From: Alphaproteobacteria bacterium
Lineage (GTDB): Bacteria > Pseudomonadota > Alphaproteobacteria > RF32 > CAG-239
Reading direction: 5' to 3'
Length of the DNA stretch: 64,000 bases
Assembly: GCA_015062435.1 (NCBI GenBank)
Contig: SUUR01000002.1
Span: 187 to 64,186 of the forward strand
Part shown: positions 37,090 to 47,154 of the stretch, in pieces
How the letters are laid out: every line of letters begins with the position of its first letter
How positions within the stretch are numbered: the stretch's first letter is position 1
Notes under the pieces: model-generated
What the model was told of the DNA's origin: nothing
What the model saw: only the letters and a program-made list of their open reading frames with translations
The model's database searches: none
Made by a program: the position numbers and the translations under genes

Positions 37090-39270
37090 TTACTTTTTAC
37101 CATCTTTCATTGGTTTAGGTGTCTTATCCTTAGATGCATCAATAGCATCAGCCAATGGAGTTTCATAAGTTTTGAAACCTACCGGTTTACGAGTTCCAAA
37201 CTCTCTACCGCAAATTTCCAAACCCAAACTCTTTAACGCAGTTTCTACCGGTATAAACAAGTCCGGAGTTTCATCTGTTTTTTTGGTTTTATGAGCCATG
37301 CCCACAATATTTCCGTGATTATCAATTAATGCTCCACCGATAGTAACTGTTTGTACAAAAGTATCGACTATAATTTCGGCATCACCACTATCAGACCATC
37401 TATATCCGATAACTTTTCCTTCATTATCCAGATATCCCTCACCTTCACTATCCAAATCAAGTAATCCCAAAGTCATTAACATGTCTTTATTAACTTCCGG
37501 CAACTGCAAAGATAACGGAAGTGGAGTATAATTTGTTGGTGCATCTAACATTAACAGAGCCACATTTTTAGAAGGATTAACTCTCACGGCAACTGCCTTC
37601 ATATTTTTTCCGTTAATAGTTTGTATTTCAAAGTTATTATTATTTTTAATCATCAAATCAGCTGATGTCAGCACCAAATTATCAGCGATAATTAAACCGG
37701 AACCTTTAACTCCTTCAGCATTTTTAACTGCCACAACAGATGCTCTGACTTTATATAAGTTTTGTGGTTTCATATTTTCATATGGAGCCTGATTTTTAAT
37801 ACAAAAAGCATTATCAATACTGGCAAAAGAACTTTCCAACATTTCTTTACTGTCAATCAGCACTTTATCGTCAGTATCCAAAGGTACATCTACCCAATAA
37901 TCTTCAACTATTTTAACATTATCAGGCATATTTTCTGTTATATTGGTAACGATTGTTCTACTGTTTTCGTCTATTGCCACCATCGAACAATTGTCATTAA
38001 TTGATATAATCGCACCTGCACCGGCGATTCCGGAATTTTCCTCAATTTCAATCATTCTGCCGACAGGTTTTAAAGATTTTTCCAAAACATTAACAACACC
38101 GACTTCTGCCACCGGTTCCAAAGATGCCTCAGCCACATTCATAACGTCAACATCACCTATCGGCTCCAATGTCGTTTCAACAACATCAACATTCTCAACC
38201 TCTCCTACCGGCTCCAATGTTGTTTCTATAACATCAACCATTTCAACATCTGCAACCGGAACTCCGGCTACACCAGCGATTGTTTTCACCTCTGTTTGTG
38301 TTGGTATTTCAACTTTATCTGCCACACAACGTTGCAATTCTTCCACACCGGTCAACACATCATTATACTGTCCGGCAAAGGTTTTATTTTTCACCTCTTT
38401 ACCCAATAAATTAGCTTTTTGACGAATCAATTCTTCAGGCAATACACGTTGAGATACTGTATAATTAAAACAGCTTATTTCCGGTAATTTTGTTAAAGCA
38501 TCTTCAAAAGCTCTTTCCACTAACAAAGTCTCGCCTTTAGGTTCTCCTTCAGAAATCTGTCCATATCCGGTTGTCATTCCCTTACAATATACTTGTGTTT
38601 TATCCAAGCTCATCACTCGCCATACCACAGACATTTCTGATGATCCGCTACGTAATTTTTTCTGTTTAACATCACCCCAGTCAAATTCATCACATATATT
38701 CATAAAGTAATCTGTAATTTCTGCTGTAACAATATATTCAGGAGTATCTATTTTATCAGAATCCAAATAATAAGGATTAGATTTATCCACCACTACCGGA
38801 TAATAGTCATTCATTGTTTCAAAAAATACATCAAAGAACTTCATATCCTTTTGCATGGCTCGTCCTTCATTCAAAAATACATTTTTGCTTTCTCGACGAC
38901 ACCCGAAAATACGAAATTTATAATTACCTAATTTAGTATTATAATTTTCATAATCACCATTCTTACGGATTCTGAAATCTACATGCTCTAACTTTAGCGG
39001 AGCATAATTATTTCTGCTTTTATGCAAAGCCAAATATGCATCTTGATGCTCTTCATCAACAATTAAAGTTTGGTATTTATAGCCGGTATCTTCTATATAA
39101 GAAAAACGCTTAACCGGTTTTTTATTCATTGGCTCGCACATACAGTCAAACATACCCAGTGTAGATTCGCTTCCATCACACATACAAGGAATCAACTCCG
39201 GACTTTCTTTACTGCATGCTCCGACAAAAGCCAACACAGCCAACAGACTAACGCCCCAAACTTTTTTCAT
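37090..39270 (-). CDS. Lipoprotein with C-terminal degenerate trypsin-like (S1C-like) domain
   Basis: Lipobox FVGAC. The C-terminal region aligns by eye to DegP-type blocks, but with GSGLIIADNLVLTSADLM (His to Asp), NVALLML (Asp to Asn) and TIGGALID (Ser to Ile). Confidence 0.65.
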   Translation of the reverse strand: MKKVWGVSLLAVLAFVGACSKESPELIPCMCDGSESTLGMFDCMCEPMNKKPVKRFSYIEDTGYKYQTLIVDEEHQDAYLALHKSRNNYAPLKLEHVDFRIRKNGDYENYNTKLGNYKFRIFGCRRESKNVFLNEGRAMQKDMKFFDVFFETMNDYYPVVVDKSNPYYLDSDKIDTPEYIVTAEITDYFMNICDEFDWGDVKQKKLRSGSSEMSVVWRVMSLDKTQVYCKGMTTGYGQISEGEPKGETLLVERAFEDALTKLPEISCFNYTVSQRVLPEELIRQKANLLGKEVKNKTFAGQYNDVLTGVEELQRCVADKVEIPTQTEVKTIAGVAGVPVADVEMVDVIETTLEPVGEVENVDVVETTLEPIGDVDVMNVAEASLEPVAEVGVVNVLEKSLKPVGRMIEIEENSGIAGAGAIISINDNCSMVAIDENSRTIVTNITENMPDNVKIVEDYWVDVPLDTDDKVLIDSKEMLESSFASIDNAFCIKNQAPYENMKPQNLYKVRASVVAVKNAEGVKGSGLIIADNLVLTSADLMIKNNNNFEIQTINGKNMKAVAVRVNPSKNVALLMLDAPTNYTPLPLSLQLPEVNKDMLMTLGLLDLDSEGEGYLDNEGKVIGYRWSDSGDAEIIVDTFVQTVTIGGALIDNHGNIVGMAHKTKKTDETPDLFIPVETALKSLGLEICGREFGTRKPVGFKTYETPLADAIDASKDKTPKPMKDGKK
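38056..38247 (-). repeat. 4 x 48-nt in-frame tandem repeat (16-aa units VExVDVxETTLEPxGx)
   Basis: Residues 342-405 of the lipoprotein: VEMVDVIETTLEPVGE / VENVDVVETTLEPIGD / VDVMNVAEASLEPVAE / VGVVNVLEKSLKPVGR. Confidence 0.8.
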
Positions 39271-39285
39271 TTACTTACTCCTGTT

Positions 39286-40824
39286 TTAATTTTTAGCAGG
39301 AAGGCTCCTTCTATAAGACAAAGCCTCCGCAACATGCAGTTTAAGTATTTTTATTTCATTTTGCAAGTCTGCAATCGTTCTTGCTAACCGCAAAGTTCTA
39401 TGATACGCTCTTGCTGACAATTTATTTTTATCGGCAAAGCTTATCAACAAAGCTTTTGCATCATTATCAAGTACAGCAATTTCTTCCAACAATTTTCCTC
39501 TTAATTCGGCATTTGTCCTGATTTTATGTTCACCTAATTTTATCAATCTTTCTTCTTGTAACTTTCGAGCCATAGTTACTCGCTCTCTGATAACGTCAGA
39601 ACTTTCACCATTTTTTACATCGGTCAATTCCCACGGAGTAACTGCCGGCACTTCAATTTGCATATCTATCCTATCCAATAACGGTCCGGATATTTTTGAT
39701 AAGTATTCTTGCGCACAAATCGGCGCTCTTGAACACTCTCTGGCATGATCCCCCAAATGTCCGCATCTGCATGGATTCATTGCTGCAATCAGTTGAAATT
39801 TTGCCGGATAAGTGGTGTGAGCATTTACTCTGGAAATACTTACATAACCATTTTCCAAAGGTTGGCGTAAAGCCTCTAATGTAGATTTGTTAAACTCGGG
39901 CAACTCATCTAAAAACAATACTCCGTTATGTGCTAAAGATATTTCTCCCGGTTGAGCTTTTCTTCCTCCACCTATCAAAGCCGGAGTAGATGCATTATGA
40001 TGAGGCTCTCTAAATGGACGATCAAATGAAATTTTACTATCTTTAAGTTCTCCGGCAATAGAATGAATCATACTTGTTTCCAAAGCTTCTTCAATACTCA
40101 TCGGAGGTAAAATTCCCGGTAACCTAGCTGCCAACATAGATTTTCCGGCTCCAGGAGGCCCTGCCATCAGAAGATTATGTCCGCCTGCAGCTGCAATTTC
40201 CAAAGCTTTTTTTGCACTTTCTTGTCCTTTTACATCGCTCATATCTGTCTTATACAACTTATTATCAGCTTTTTTAGCTTCCGGTTTTGATAAATTAATT
40301 TTTCCATTCAAATGATTTACCAATTCAGTAACCGATGCCACTGCCAACACATTATCAACACCGGCCCAAACTGCTTCGCTACCTCCTGCTAGCGGACAAA
40401 TTAGTCCTTTTTTTCTGTTTTTTGCGGCAACAGCTGCCGGCAACACGCCATTAACCGGTAAGATAGAGCCATCTAAACTCAATTCCCCCATTATCACAAA
40501 GTCTTTAATTGCTTGTACCGGAACAACTCCCATAACGGATAATACAGCCAATGCTATTGGTAAATCGAAATGAGAACCTTCTTTTAACATATCTGCCGGA
40601 GCCAGATTTATAACGATTCTTTTCGCCGGCAATAAAACTCCCATGGATTGCAATGCGGATCTGACACGCTCTTTACTTTCGGCAATTGCCTTATCCGGCA
40701 ACCCCACTATAATAAAATTAGGCAATCCTGATGTTATTTGCACTTGCAAATCAACATCTAAAACATCTAAACCATTAAAAGTTACAGTACTAACTCGAGC
40801 AAGCATTACTTTCCTCCTTACCAA
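39286..40824 (-). CDS. YifB/ComM-family Mg-chelatase-like AAA+ ATPase
   Basis: Lon-like N-terminal domain (HFDLPIALAVL), Walker A GPPGAGKSM, ChlI-type C-terminal domain. Start may be 40806. Confidence 0.88.
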   Translation of the reverse strand: MVRRKVMLARVSTVTFNGLDVLDVDLQVQITSGLPNFIIVGLPDKAIAESKERVRSALQSMGVLLPAKRIVINLAPADMLKEGSHFDLPIALAVLSVMGVVPVQAIKDFVIMGELSLDGSILPVNGVLPAAVAAKNRKKGLICPLAGGSEAVWAGVDNVLAVASVTELVNHLNGKINLSKPEAKKADNKLYKTDMSDVKGQESAKKALEIAAAGGHNLLMAGPPGAGKSMLAARLPGILPPMSIEEALETSMIHSIAGELKDSKISFDRPFREPHHNASTPALIGGGRKAQPGEISLAHNGVLFLDELPEFNKSTLEALRQPLENGYVSISRVNAHTTYPAKFQLIAAMNPCRCGHLGDHARECSRAPICAQEYLSKISGPLLDRIDMQIEVPAVTPWELTDVKNGESSDVIRERVTMARKLQEERLIKLGEHKIRTNAELRGKLLEEIAVLDNDAKALLISFADKNKLSARAYHRTLRLARTIADLQNEIKILKLHVAEALSYRRSLPAKN

Positions 40825-41114
40825 CGAGGAGTAAGCTCAGATCCTCGCCATCTTCTTGTCGGATAAGTATCCACTTTCAAAAAATCATATCCGGCTGTTT
40901 TATATGGAATATCCCGAAATCTGACAAAACCTCGTGTTTCAAAATATTGAGCGCAATCCTCGGCAGAATATTTACTGTTAGCCGAACAATGCACCACTGT
41001 TCTGTCATAAGGGTGCTGCAAACCGATTGCCTCATTCAAACCGGCCTTTGCGGAAAATATAATTATACCGCTCAAACAAATAGCCAAACACCCTGTTTTT
41101 AACATAATTTGCAT
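40818..41114 (-). CDS. Small exported protein, unknown function
   Basis: 98 aa with an N-terminal hydrophobic signal. 7-nt overlap with the downstream comM-like gene. Confidence 0.45.
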   Translation of the reverse strand: MQIMLKTGCLAICLSGIIIFSAKAGLNEAIGLQHPYDRTVVHCSANSKYSAEDCAQYFETRGFVRFRDIPYKTAGYDFLKVDTYPTRRWRGSELTPRW

Positions 41115-41186
41115 ATCACATCCTTTTTAATATAGTTAATTTAGTATTTAAACGTTAAATCTTCATTAAAACCATGCAGAAAAAGC

Positions 41187-41214
41187 TTGCAAAATAAAGT
41201 TTTTATGTTATTAA
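41187..41214 (+). promoter_or_regulatory. Sigma70-type promoter of rpsF-rpsR-rplI
   Basis: TTGCAA (41187-41192), 16 nt, TATTAA (41209-41214), followed by a leader of about 95 nt containing hairpin ggctca-aacatc-tgagcc (41261-41278). Confidence 0.4.
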
Positions 41215-41309
41215 TCAGCGTGTCCCTTGCCACTGCAACAGCATTGGCTATACAAGAACCGGCTCAAACATCTGAGCCATTTGTTGAGAAATCCATAAGG
41301 AGATTATAT

Positions 41310-41648
41310 ATGACCAAATATGAAAGCGTGTTAATTGCACGTCAGGATTTGGGCACTTCACAAGTAAACAACATTGTATCAGAAATGAGCAATGTTATAT
41401 CTGCACAAGGTGGTGAAGTTGTCCGTGTAGATAACTGGGGTCTTAAGAACCTTGCTTATCGTATCAAAAAAAACCGTAAAGGCCACTATGTTCTTTTGAA
41501 CATCTCTGCTCCGTCTCAGGCTATTGCCGAATACGAGCGTTTACTCAGAGTTAATGAAGATATTATTCGTTACATGACTGTTAAAGTAGAAGATTTTTCC
41601 GATGCTTTAAACTCTGAGAGTTCAGAAACATCTGTTGTTGAAGAATAG
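41310..41648 (+). CDS. rpsF: 30S ribosomal protein S6
   Basis: MTKYESVLIARQDL...NWGLKNLAYRIKKNRKGHY. SD aaggag at 41297-41302. The longer ORF (TTG 41187) was rejected. Confidence 0.93.
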   Translation: MTKYESVLIARQDLGTSQVNNIVSEMSNVISAQGGEVVRVDNWGLKNLAYRIKKNRKGHYVLLNISAPSQAIAEYERLLRVNEDIIRYMTVKVEDFSDALNSESSETSVVEE

Positions 41649-41658
41649 GAGAACGTAA

Positions 41659-41886
41659 ATGGCTAAACAAGTATTCTTTAGAAGAAAAAAGAATTGTCCG
41701 TTTTCTGGGGAAGACGGCTTAAAAATCGACTACAAAGATGTAAAACTTCTTTCTCGTTACATTTCAGAGAAAGGAAAAATCATTCCTAGTCGCATCACTT
41801 CAGTTTCTGCAAAAAAACAGAGAGAATTAGCTCGTGCAATCAAACGTGCACGTTATCTCGGTTTATTGCCTTATGTAGCTATGTAA
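41659..41886 (+). CDS. rpsR: 30S ribosomal protein S18
   Basis: [50 protein letters not shown]. Confidence 0.95.
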   Translation: MAKQVFFRRKKNCPFSGEDGLKIDYKDVKLLSRYISEKGKIIPSRITSVSAKKQRELARAIKRARYLGLLPYVAM

Positions 41887-41899
41887 GAGGAGAAAAAAA

Positions 41900-42385
41900 A
41901 TGGAAGTTATTCTACTCGAACATATTGAAAAATTAGGTAAAATGGGTGATAAAGTTAGCGTTAAGAACGGCTATGCCCGTAACTATCTTTTACCTCAAAA
42001 GAAAGCTTTGCGTGCAACTGAAGCTAATTTGGCTGTTTATGAAAAACAAAAAGCTGAACTCGAAGCTCACAACCAACAACTCCGTGCTGATGCTGACAAA
42101 TTAGCAGAATCTCTTAAAGGTTTCTCTGCTATATTAATCCGTCAGGCTGCAGAAACCGGACAATTGTATGGTTCTGTTACCATTAGAGATATTGCAGCAG
42201 CTATCAAAGAGGCTGGTTTTTCTATTGAACGTCGTCAAGTATATCTTGAAAAAACAATCAAAGACTTGGGCGTATATCAAGTAAAATTGAATCTTCACCC
42301 TGAAGTTTCACAAACTATATTGATTAACGTTGCTCGTACTGATGATGACGCTAAAAAGCAAGCAAAAGCTTTTTCTGCCGAATAG
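41900..42385 (+). CDS. rplI: 50S ribosomal protein L9
   Basis: MEVILLEHIEKLGKMGDKVSVKNGYARNYLLPQKKA. Confidence 0.95.
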   Translation: MEVILLEHIEKLGKMGDKVSVKNGYARNYLLPQKKALRATEANLAVYEKQKAELEAHNQQLRADADKLAESLKGFSAILIRQAAETGQLYGSVTIRDIAAAIKEAGFSIERRQVYLEKTIKDLGVYQVKLNLHPEVSQTILINVARTDDDAKKQAKAFSAE

Positions 42386-42403
42386 AATGTAAGCAAATCA
42401 AAT

Positions 42404-42437
42404 AAAGGCCTTTCTCATTAGAAAGGCCTTTATTTAT
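42404..42437 (+). terminator. Rho-independent terminator after rplI
   Basis: aaaggcctttc (42404-42414) pairs with gaaaggccttt (42421-42431), followed by atttatt. Confidence 0.8.
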
Positions 42438-42525
42438 TCTGACTTTTCCCCCACATTTTATAAAATACTGGAAATTTTGAATAAACATTATATACTTATA
42501 ACAGTTTAATCAGGAGGATTTCTAC

Positions 42526-43203
42526 ATGAAACGTTTTTTTAGCGGACTTGCTATGACCACAGCACTTTTAGCTTCTGTTCCTGCTCAAGCCCAATCAACA
42601 CCGACTTCTATCTTAGAAGAAATTGGCTCAGCAATCGGTCCATCTGCCTTAGCTAATATATCAAAGGCAGAACAAGTATTTTGCTATCAGGTAGCAGACA
42701 GAACACCTGGCTATGAAGGATACACAATTGATGGCTTTGCTATCACCGGTTTTTGCGGAATTATACCGGAAGAACTCAAAAACATCATCACCACAGAACT
42801 GTTTTCCAATCAAGACAATATATTATTTGATGTTACCGAAAATTGTACCATTCGTCCGAGAATAATGCTACGCTTTGTCAGAGGTATTGACAATACTGAT
42901 ATTTTATTATCATCACCTTGTCACTCATTTACGATCTTTTATGCCGGAAAAATCAATACCTTTAATGCCAAACCTGCTTCTCAAGTAATTGATGGCTTGG
43001 TAAATCCGCTTTCTCAAAGTCATGTTGAGTTTTCATCTCCGGCTTTATTCAATCAACTTATGCCTGTTGGTCTCCCTCAAACTAAAGAACAACTTGAAAA
43101 GTTCAACTCACAAGGAGCTCCGCTCAGAAATTGGGAACAAACTTCATCTTCAACTGATGAACCCAAAACACAGGGATGGAATAAACTAAAAAAATCCAAC
43201 TAA
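42526..43203 (+). CDS. Secreted protein, unknown function
   Basis: Signal peptide MKRFFSGLAMTTALLASVPAQA/Q. SD aggagg upstream. 225 aa with no recognised motif. Confidence 0.6.
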   Translation: MKRFFSGLAMTTALLASVPAQAQSTPTSILEEIGSAIGPSALANISKAEQVFCYQVADRTPGYEGYTIDGFAITGFCGIIPEELKNIITTELFSNQDNILFDVTENCTIRPRIMLRFVRGIDNTDILLSSPCHSFTIFYAGKINTFNAKPASQVIDGLVNPLSQSHVEFSSPALFNQLMPVGLPQTKEQLEKFNSQGAPLRNWEQTSSSTDEPKTQGWNKLKKSN

Positions 43204-43206
43204 ACC

Positions 43207-43245
43207 TAAAAAAGGCTGAAGAATTAGATCCTCAGCCTTTTTTAT
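43207..43245. terminator. Bidirectional terminator (225-aa gene / atpF)
   Basis: aaaaaggctga pairs with tcagccttttt around a 12-nt loop. Confidence 0.65.
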
Positions 43246-43258
43246 TGCTTGCATAATT

Positions 43259-43864
43259 CTAAAATTTAACTTTTTCTAACTCTGCAATAGAAGCATCTAT
43301 TAACCGACTGTAATCCTTATCGGTCATAACTTCACTCAGCACTTTTTTTACAGTCTTAACAGTGCGTGTCACCGTAATATTTGCCACTTCTTTAATTGCC
43401 TTACTTTGAGCTGCATCTATTCTGGCTTTTGCATCACGCTCTCTTGTTTTCATTGCATTTTCCAGTTTATTTAAACTTTCTTTTCTCAGCAATAAAACTT
43501 CTCTTTCCGAACGTTGTAAAATCTCTTGAGCTTCTTGCTTAGCACGGCGATACTTTCGCTCATATTCAGCCAATAATTTCTGAGCATCTTCTTTTAAATT
43601 TGTAGCATCTTCAATCCGTTTAGCAATTAATCTTGAGCGTTTCTTCAGCATTTTTCTTGCTAATTTAGTAATTGGATATGTCAATCCGACAACAACCAAC
43701 ATAAAAGACATCGCTACCCAAAATTCAGCGCTCAAATAAAACGGTCCATGATGGCTGACACTTTCCAATGCAGTTGTCTCAATTGCATTGGCTACTGTAT
43801 CCACAGCATTTATCACCGCATTTTGGGTTGCATTGATTATTTCATGATTAGAGCTCACATCCAT
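43259..43864 (-). CDS. atpF: F0F1 ATP synthase subunit b
   Basis: One TM helix plus a long charged coiled coil. Last gene of the alphaproteobacterial atpI-B-E-b'-b order. Confidence 0.8.
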   Translation of the reverse strand: MDVSSNHEIINATQNAVINAVDTVANAIETTALESVSHHGPFYLSAEFWVAMSFMLVVVGLTYPITKLARKMLKKRSRLIAKRIEDATNLKEDAQKLLAEYERKYRRAKQEAQEILQRSEREVLLLRKESLNKLENAMKTRERDAKARIDAAQSKAIKEVANITVTRTVKTVKKVLSEVMTDKDYSRLIDASIAELEKVKF

Positions 43865-43866
43865 AA

Positions 43867-44352
43867 TTAATCATTCTCCTCAAAATCAACGGCATTTCTG
43901 ATAACTTCGGCAGAAACCTTTGCAAATCCGAGTTTTTTCATCACTTCCGGCACCAAAATTTCTACGGCATTATTAACATTTTCCATTGCTTTTTTCTTTC
44001 CGGTTGCAATTTTTTTCTCACCTTCTTCAATCTGTCTATTCAGTTCAATAGTTAGATCTGCTTGTTTTCGTTCAATAGTCAAATTAATTTCATCTTTAGT
44101 TTTTTGCAAAGATGCTTTTGCCTCATCAGAAGCTTTTTTTAGAGCCTGATTATATTTTTCCAAAGTTTTTTCAACTTTTTGTTTTAACTTTGCAGCATCT
44201 TCCAAATCTGCATCAATTTTGGCTTTACGCAAATTTATCATTTCTGCGGTTTTTGGAATGATAAAATAGCTCATTACAAATAACATGCTAAAAAAGCTTA
44301 TACATAACCAAAACAACTGCGATGGAAAAATACTAAAATCCAACTGTGGCAT
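43867..44352 (-). CDS. F0F1 ATP synthase subunit b'
   Basis: 161 aa; N-terminal TM helix (LFWLCISFFSMLFVMSYFIIP) plus coiled coil. Lies between atpE and atpF. Confidence 0.8.
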   Translation of the reverse strand: MPQLDFSIFPSQLFWLCISFFSMLFVMSYFIIPKTAEMINLRKAKIDADLEDAAKLKQKVEKTLEKYNQALKKASDEAKASLQKTKDEINLTIERKQADLTIELNRQIEEGEKKIATGKKKAMENVNNAVEILVPEVMKKLGFAKVSAEVIRNAVDFEEND

Positions 44353-44437
44353 TCAGGCCCCCATAATCTCAATTTTTGTAACTAAGCATATAGTCGGAGG
44401 CAAGATAAAAATCTTACCCCCGCCACACAAATAAATA

Positions 44438-44659
44438 TTAGTTTCCGGTAAGCATTACCAAAGCAAGCACCAAAGCATACAATGCCACAGCTTCAACGGC
44501 AGCAAAACCGGCCCAACCATAGAGATCCACTTCTTTTTTTACTTGAGGATTACGACCAACGGTAGCTATAATGGTTGTCCACACCTGAGATACACCCCAA
44601 GCAGCAGCCATCATAGACAAAGCACACATTCCTGCACCAATATAAGCCAACGGTTCCAT
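44438..44659 (-). CDS. atpE: F0F1 ATP synthase subunit c
   Basis: 73-aa two-helix hairpin with the proton-binding Glu in FAAVEAVALY. Confidence 0.92.
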   Translation of the reverse strand: MEPLAYIGAGMCALSMMAAAWGVSQVWTTIIATVGRNPQVKKEVDLYGWAGFAAVEAVALYALVLALVMLTGN

Positions 44660-44702
44660 ATTATTTTCCTTTCCTAAATTAAGTTAATAAAGTTACACAA
44701 AA

Positions 44703-45425
44703 TTAATGCTCATGAAGTGCATCACCCAAATATATACAACTCAACACCGTATATATAAAAGCTTGCAACAACGCAATAAATATTTCAAAACAAACAATAC
44801 AACTGTTAAACAATACCGGAACAAAACCAAACAGTCCTATAACCGTTACAAATCCGGCAATAATTTTCAGCATAATATGCCCCACTGTCATATTTGCAAC
44901 CAAACGCACAGTCAAACTAAAAGGTTTTGATAAAAAAGAAATCATCTCTATCGGTATAATTAACGGGGCCAAAACAAAAGGAATTCCTTTCGGTAAAAAA
45001 GTTCTCAACCAACCTATTTTTTTCTTTTTAATACCTATTAGGATATTAAAAGCAAAAGCAATCAAAGATAAACTGCCTACTGCGGTTAAATGAGAAGTAA
45101 ACGTAAACGCATAAGGAAACAACCCCAATAAATTACCAAAAGCAATAAACAAAAACATTGTAAAAATAAACGGAAAAAACTTCAGTCCTTCTGTTCCTAC
45201 GTTTTCTTTCAAAAGAGAATATACAAATTCATACAATACTTCCGGAACAGACTGAGCCACATTAGGCACTAAAGTCCTTTTACGCAAACACAATCCGAAA
45301 ATAAAAGTAGCAACAATCACCGCCAACATCATAAACAAAGCAGAGTTTGTAAATGAAACATCTACACCACCCAATTGCAGGGGGACAATTGTTTTTACTT
45401 CAAATTGTTCCATTGGATTAGCCAC
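44703..45425 (-). CDS. atpB: F0F1 ATP synthase subunit a
   Basis: Polytopic membrane protein. Conserved Arg block FSLTVRLVANMTVGH. Confidence 0.92.
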   Translation of the reverse strand: MANPMEQFEVKTIVPLQLGGVDVSFTNSALFMMLAVIVATFIFGLCLRKRTLVPNVAQSVPEVLYEFVYSLLKENVGTEGLKFFPFIFTMFLFIAFGNLLGLFPYAFTFTSHLTAVGSLSLIAFAFNILIGIKKKKIGWLRTFLPKGIPFVLAPLIIPIEMISFLSKPFSLTVRLVANMTVGHIMLKIIAGFVTVIGLFGFVPVLFNSCIVCFEIFIALLQAFIYTVLSCIYLGDALHEH

Positions 45426-45431
45426 GATACA

Positions 45432-45737
45432 TTACTCCTTACGTTTGTTTTCTTCACTTTTAGCCAAACGATACACATTTAATATTCCGGCACCGCCACC
45501 CATAAACATAAATACAATCATTAACCACGGCTTCGTAGCCAACAATCCATCTAATAAGTAACCTATTGCTGCCCCCACAATTACTCCGGAAAACATTTCC
45601 ACACCGATTCTAAAACCGATTTTTGATGCACGCATCAACTCCGTTTCCGGTTTATCTTTGCGTACTTTATCTTCTTTAGATCGTAATGCAACAATACGTT
45701 CCTCAAGTTTTTTTATGTCTTCAGGTATCTTTTTCAT
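45432..45737 (-). CDS. atpI: AtpI-like ATP synthase protein I
   Basis: 101 aa with two TM helices, immediately upstream of atpB. Confidence 0.7.
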   Translation of the reverse strand: MKKIPEDIKKLEERIVALRSKEDKVRKDKPETELMRASKIGFRIGVEMFSGVIVGAAIGYLLDGLLATKPWLMIVFMFMGGGAGILNVYRLAKSEENKRKE

Positions 45738-45790
45738 TACACAAATTTACATTATAAAATATTAAGTAGTTATTAAAAACGAATATAATT

Positions 45791-46531
45791 TTAATCAGAA
45801 ACTTTATTTTCGTTTAATTTTTCCTCAATCAATGTCTTAAAAGCATCATAAGAATGATCATTATTTACCATCTCATAACGTCCGCCGGTAGCAATAATAA
45901 AAGCCGGAGTACCTCTGATTCCTAATTGAGTAATTCCGTTTTGTCTGTTTGACAACAATTCACGGGCTTTATTATCATCATGCAAACATTTTTCGGCTTC
46001 TTCCATAGACAAACCATACAATGACGCATATTGCATAATCACTTTATCAGAACTATCAGATAACATCCAACTACGTTGTTTTTTATACAACACATCAATA
46101 AACGGAAAATAATTATCAGCTTTTATACATTCGGCAATTAAAGCACCATTCATTGATTTTGCATCAAGTGGAAATGGTACAAAAACAATTTTCAGCAAAC
46201 CTTTTTCCACAAACTTTTTTTTCAGTTTCGGCAACACCGACAAATGAAAATCAGCACAATGAGAACATCCGAAAGAAGAGTATTCATAAAGAGTTATCGG
46301 TGCTTCATTTTTACCTTCCGTATGCTCTTGCGGTAAAACAATATTATCAGGTATTTCAACATTTTTTTCTTCCACAACATCTTGCGCTGCTGCCGGAGTC
46401 ATTAACACAATACTGCCATCTTCCTGCACCACAAAACCTTTGCTTGAAAGATATGCCCCACCTGCTAAAAAAAACACAATTACAGCAGCAACAAATCCGC
46501 TTAAACTACGTATAACACGCTCAAAAGTCAT
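45791..46531 (-). CDS. DsbA-family thiol:disulfide oxidoreductase (membrane-anchored)
   Basis: N-terminal TM helix, thioredoxin-fold active site CSHC, GTPAFII block. Confidence 0.75.
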   Translation of the reverse strand: MTFERVIRSLSGFVAAVIVFFLAGGAYLSSKGFVVQEDGSIVLMTPAAAQDVVEEKNVEIPDNIVLPQEHTEGKNEAPITLYEYSSFGCSHCADFHLSVLPKLKKKFVEKGLLKIVFVPFPLDAKSMNGALIAECIKADNYFPFIDVLYKKQRSWMLSDSSDKVIMQYASLYGLSMEEAEKCLHDDNKARELLSNRQNGITQLGIRGTPAFIIATGGRYEMVNNDHSYDAFKTLIEEKLNENKVSD

Positions 46532-47063
46532 CTTCTTTTTTACCTTTATTATTTCCGATAATATGTCTTCCCAAACTGATCAAACGAGTTTTTAGTTCTT
46601 GATTTTCTAAACCGTAACTAATACTTTGAATATAGTTTTCTTCTTCATCGCTTACAAGTACTTTTTGAGAGTTCCCCACATCATCAATATCTTGTATAGG
46701 CATTTCATTATTTTGCACAATTTTTAAATGCGCTACTGCCTCATAACCGAAAAACATGTTTATTTTTGAAAGCATCAATTTTTCTCTGTGCTGTAACTCC
46801 AAAGCAAATGCTCCTGAAAGAACTTCCACCACTAATGTTCCGTTAGTTTTTTGCCCTTTGGTAAAAAACAAATTCTTCGGCAATGTATATTCTGCCAGAT
46901 CACCGGCGATTTCCAACCAATTCGCCAACAGCTCCAATTCTGTAAAACCATACTTACCCAACAGGTTTTTAGCCAGAGGTTTCATCATTTTTGCGACAGA
47001 CAGCAAATCATGCGTTCGTCGTTCTTCGGATATTAAATTTTTATTTTTTTTCATCATTGTCAT
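46521..47063 (-). CDS. DUF721 (DciA-like) protein
   Basis: 180 aa. The block ...NWLEIAGDLAEYTLPKNLFF...GTLVVEVLSGAFALELQHREKLMLSKIN resembles DUF721/DciA. Confidence 0.55.
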   Translation of the reverse strand: MTMMKKNKNLISEERRTHDLLSVAKMMKPLAKNLLGKYGFTELELLANWLEIAGDLAEYTLPKNLFFTKGQKTNGTLVVEVLSGAFALELQHREKLMLSKINMFFGYEAVAHLKIVQNNEMPIQDIDDVGNSQKVLVSDEEENYIQSISYGLENQELKTRLISLGRHIIGNNKGKKEDDF

Positions 47064-47100
47064 AAACTAACAAACAATATCAACAAGGGCAAGCCTTTTA

Positions 47101-47130
47101 TTGACCTTTATGATTTTTTATAATTATAAT
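47101..47130 (+). promoter_or_regulatory. Sigma70-type promoter for fliO-fliP
   Basis: TTGACC (47101-47106), 18 nt, TATAAT (47125-47130). Confidence 0.45.
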
Positions 47131-47154
47131 TATCACACGTTAGGAGAACTAAAT

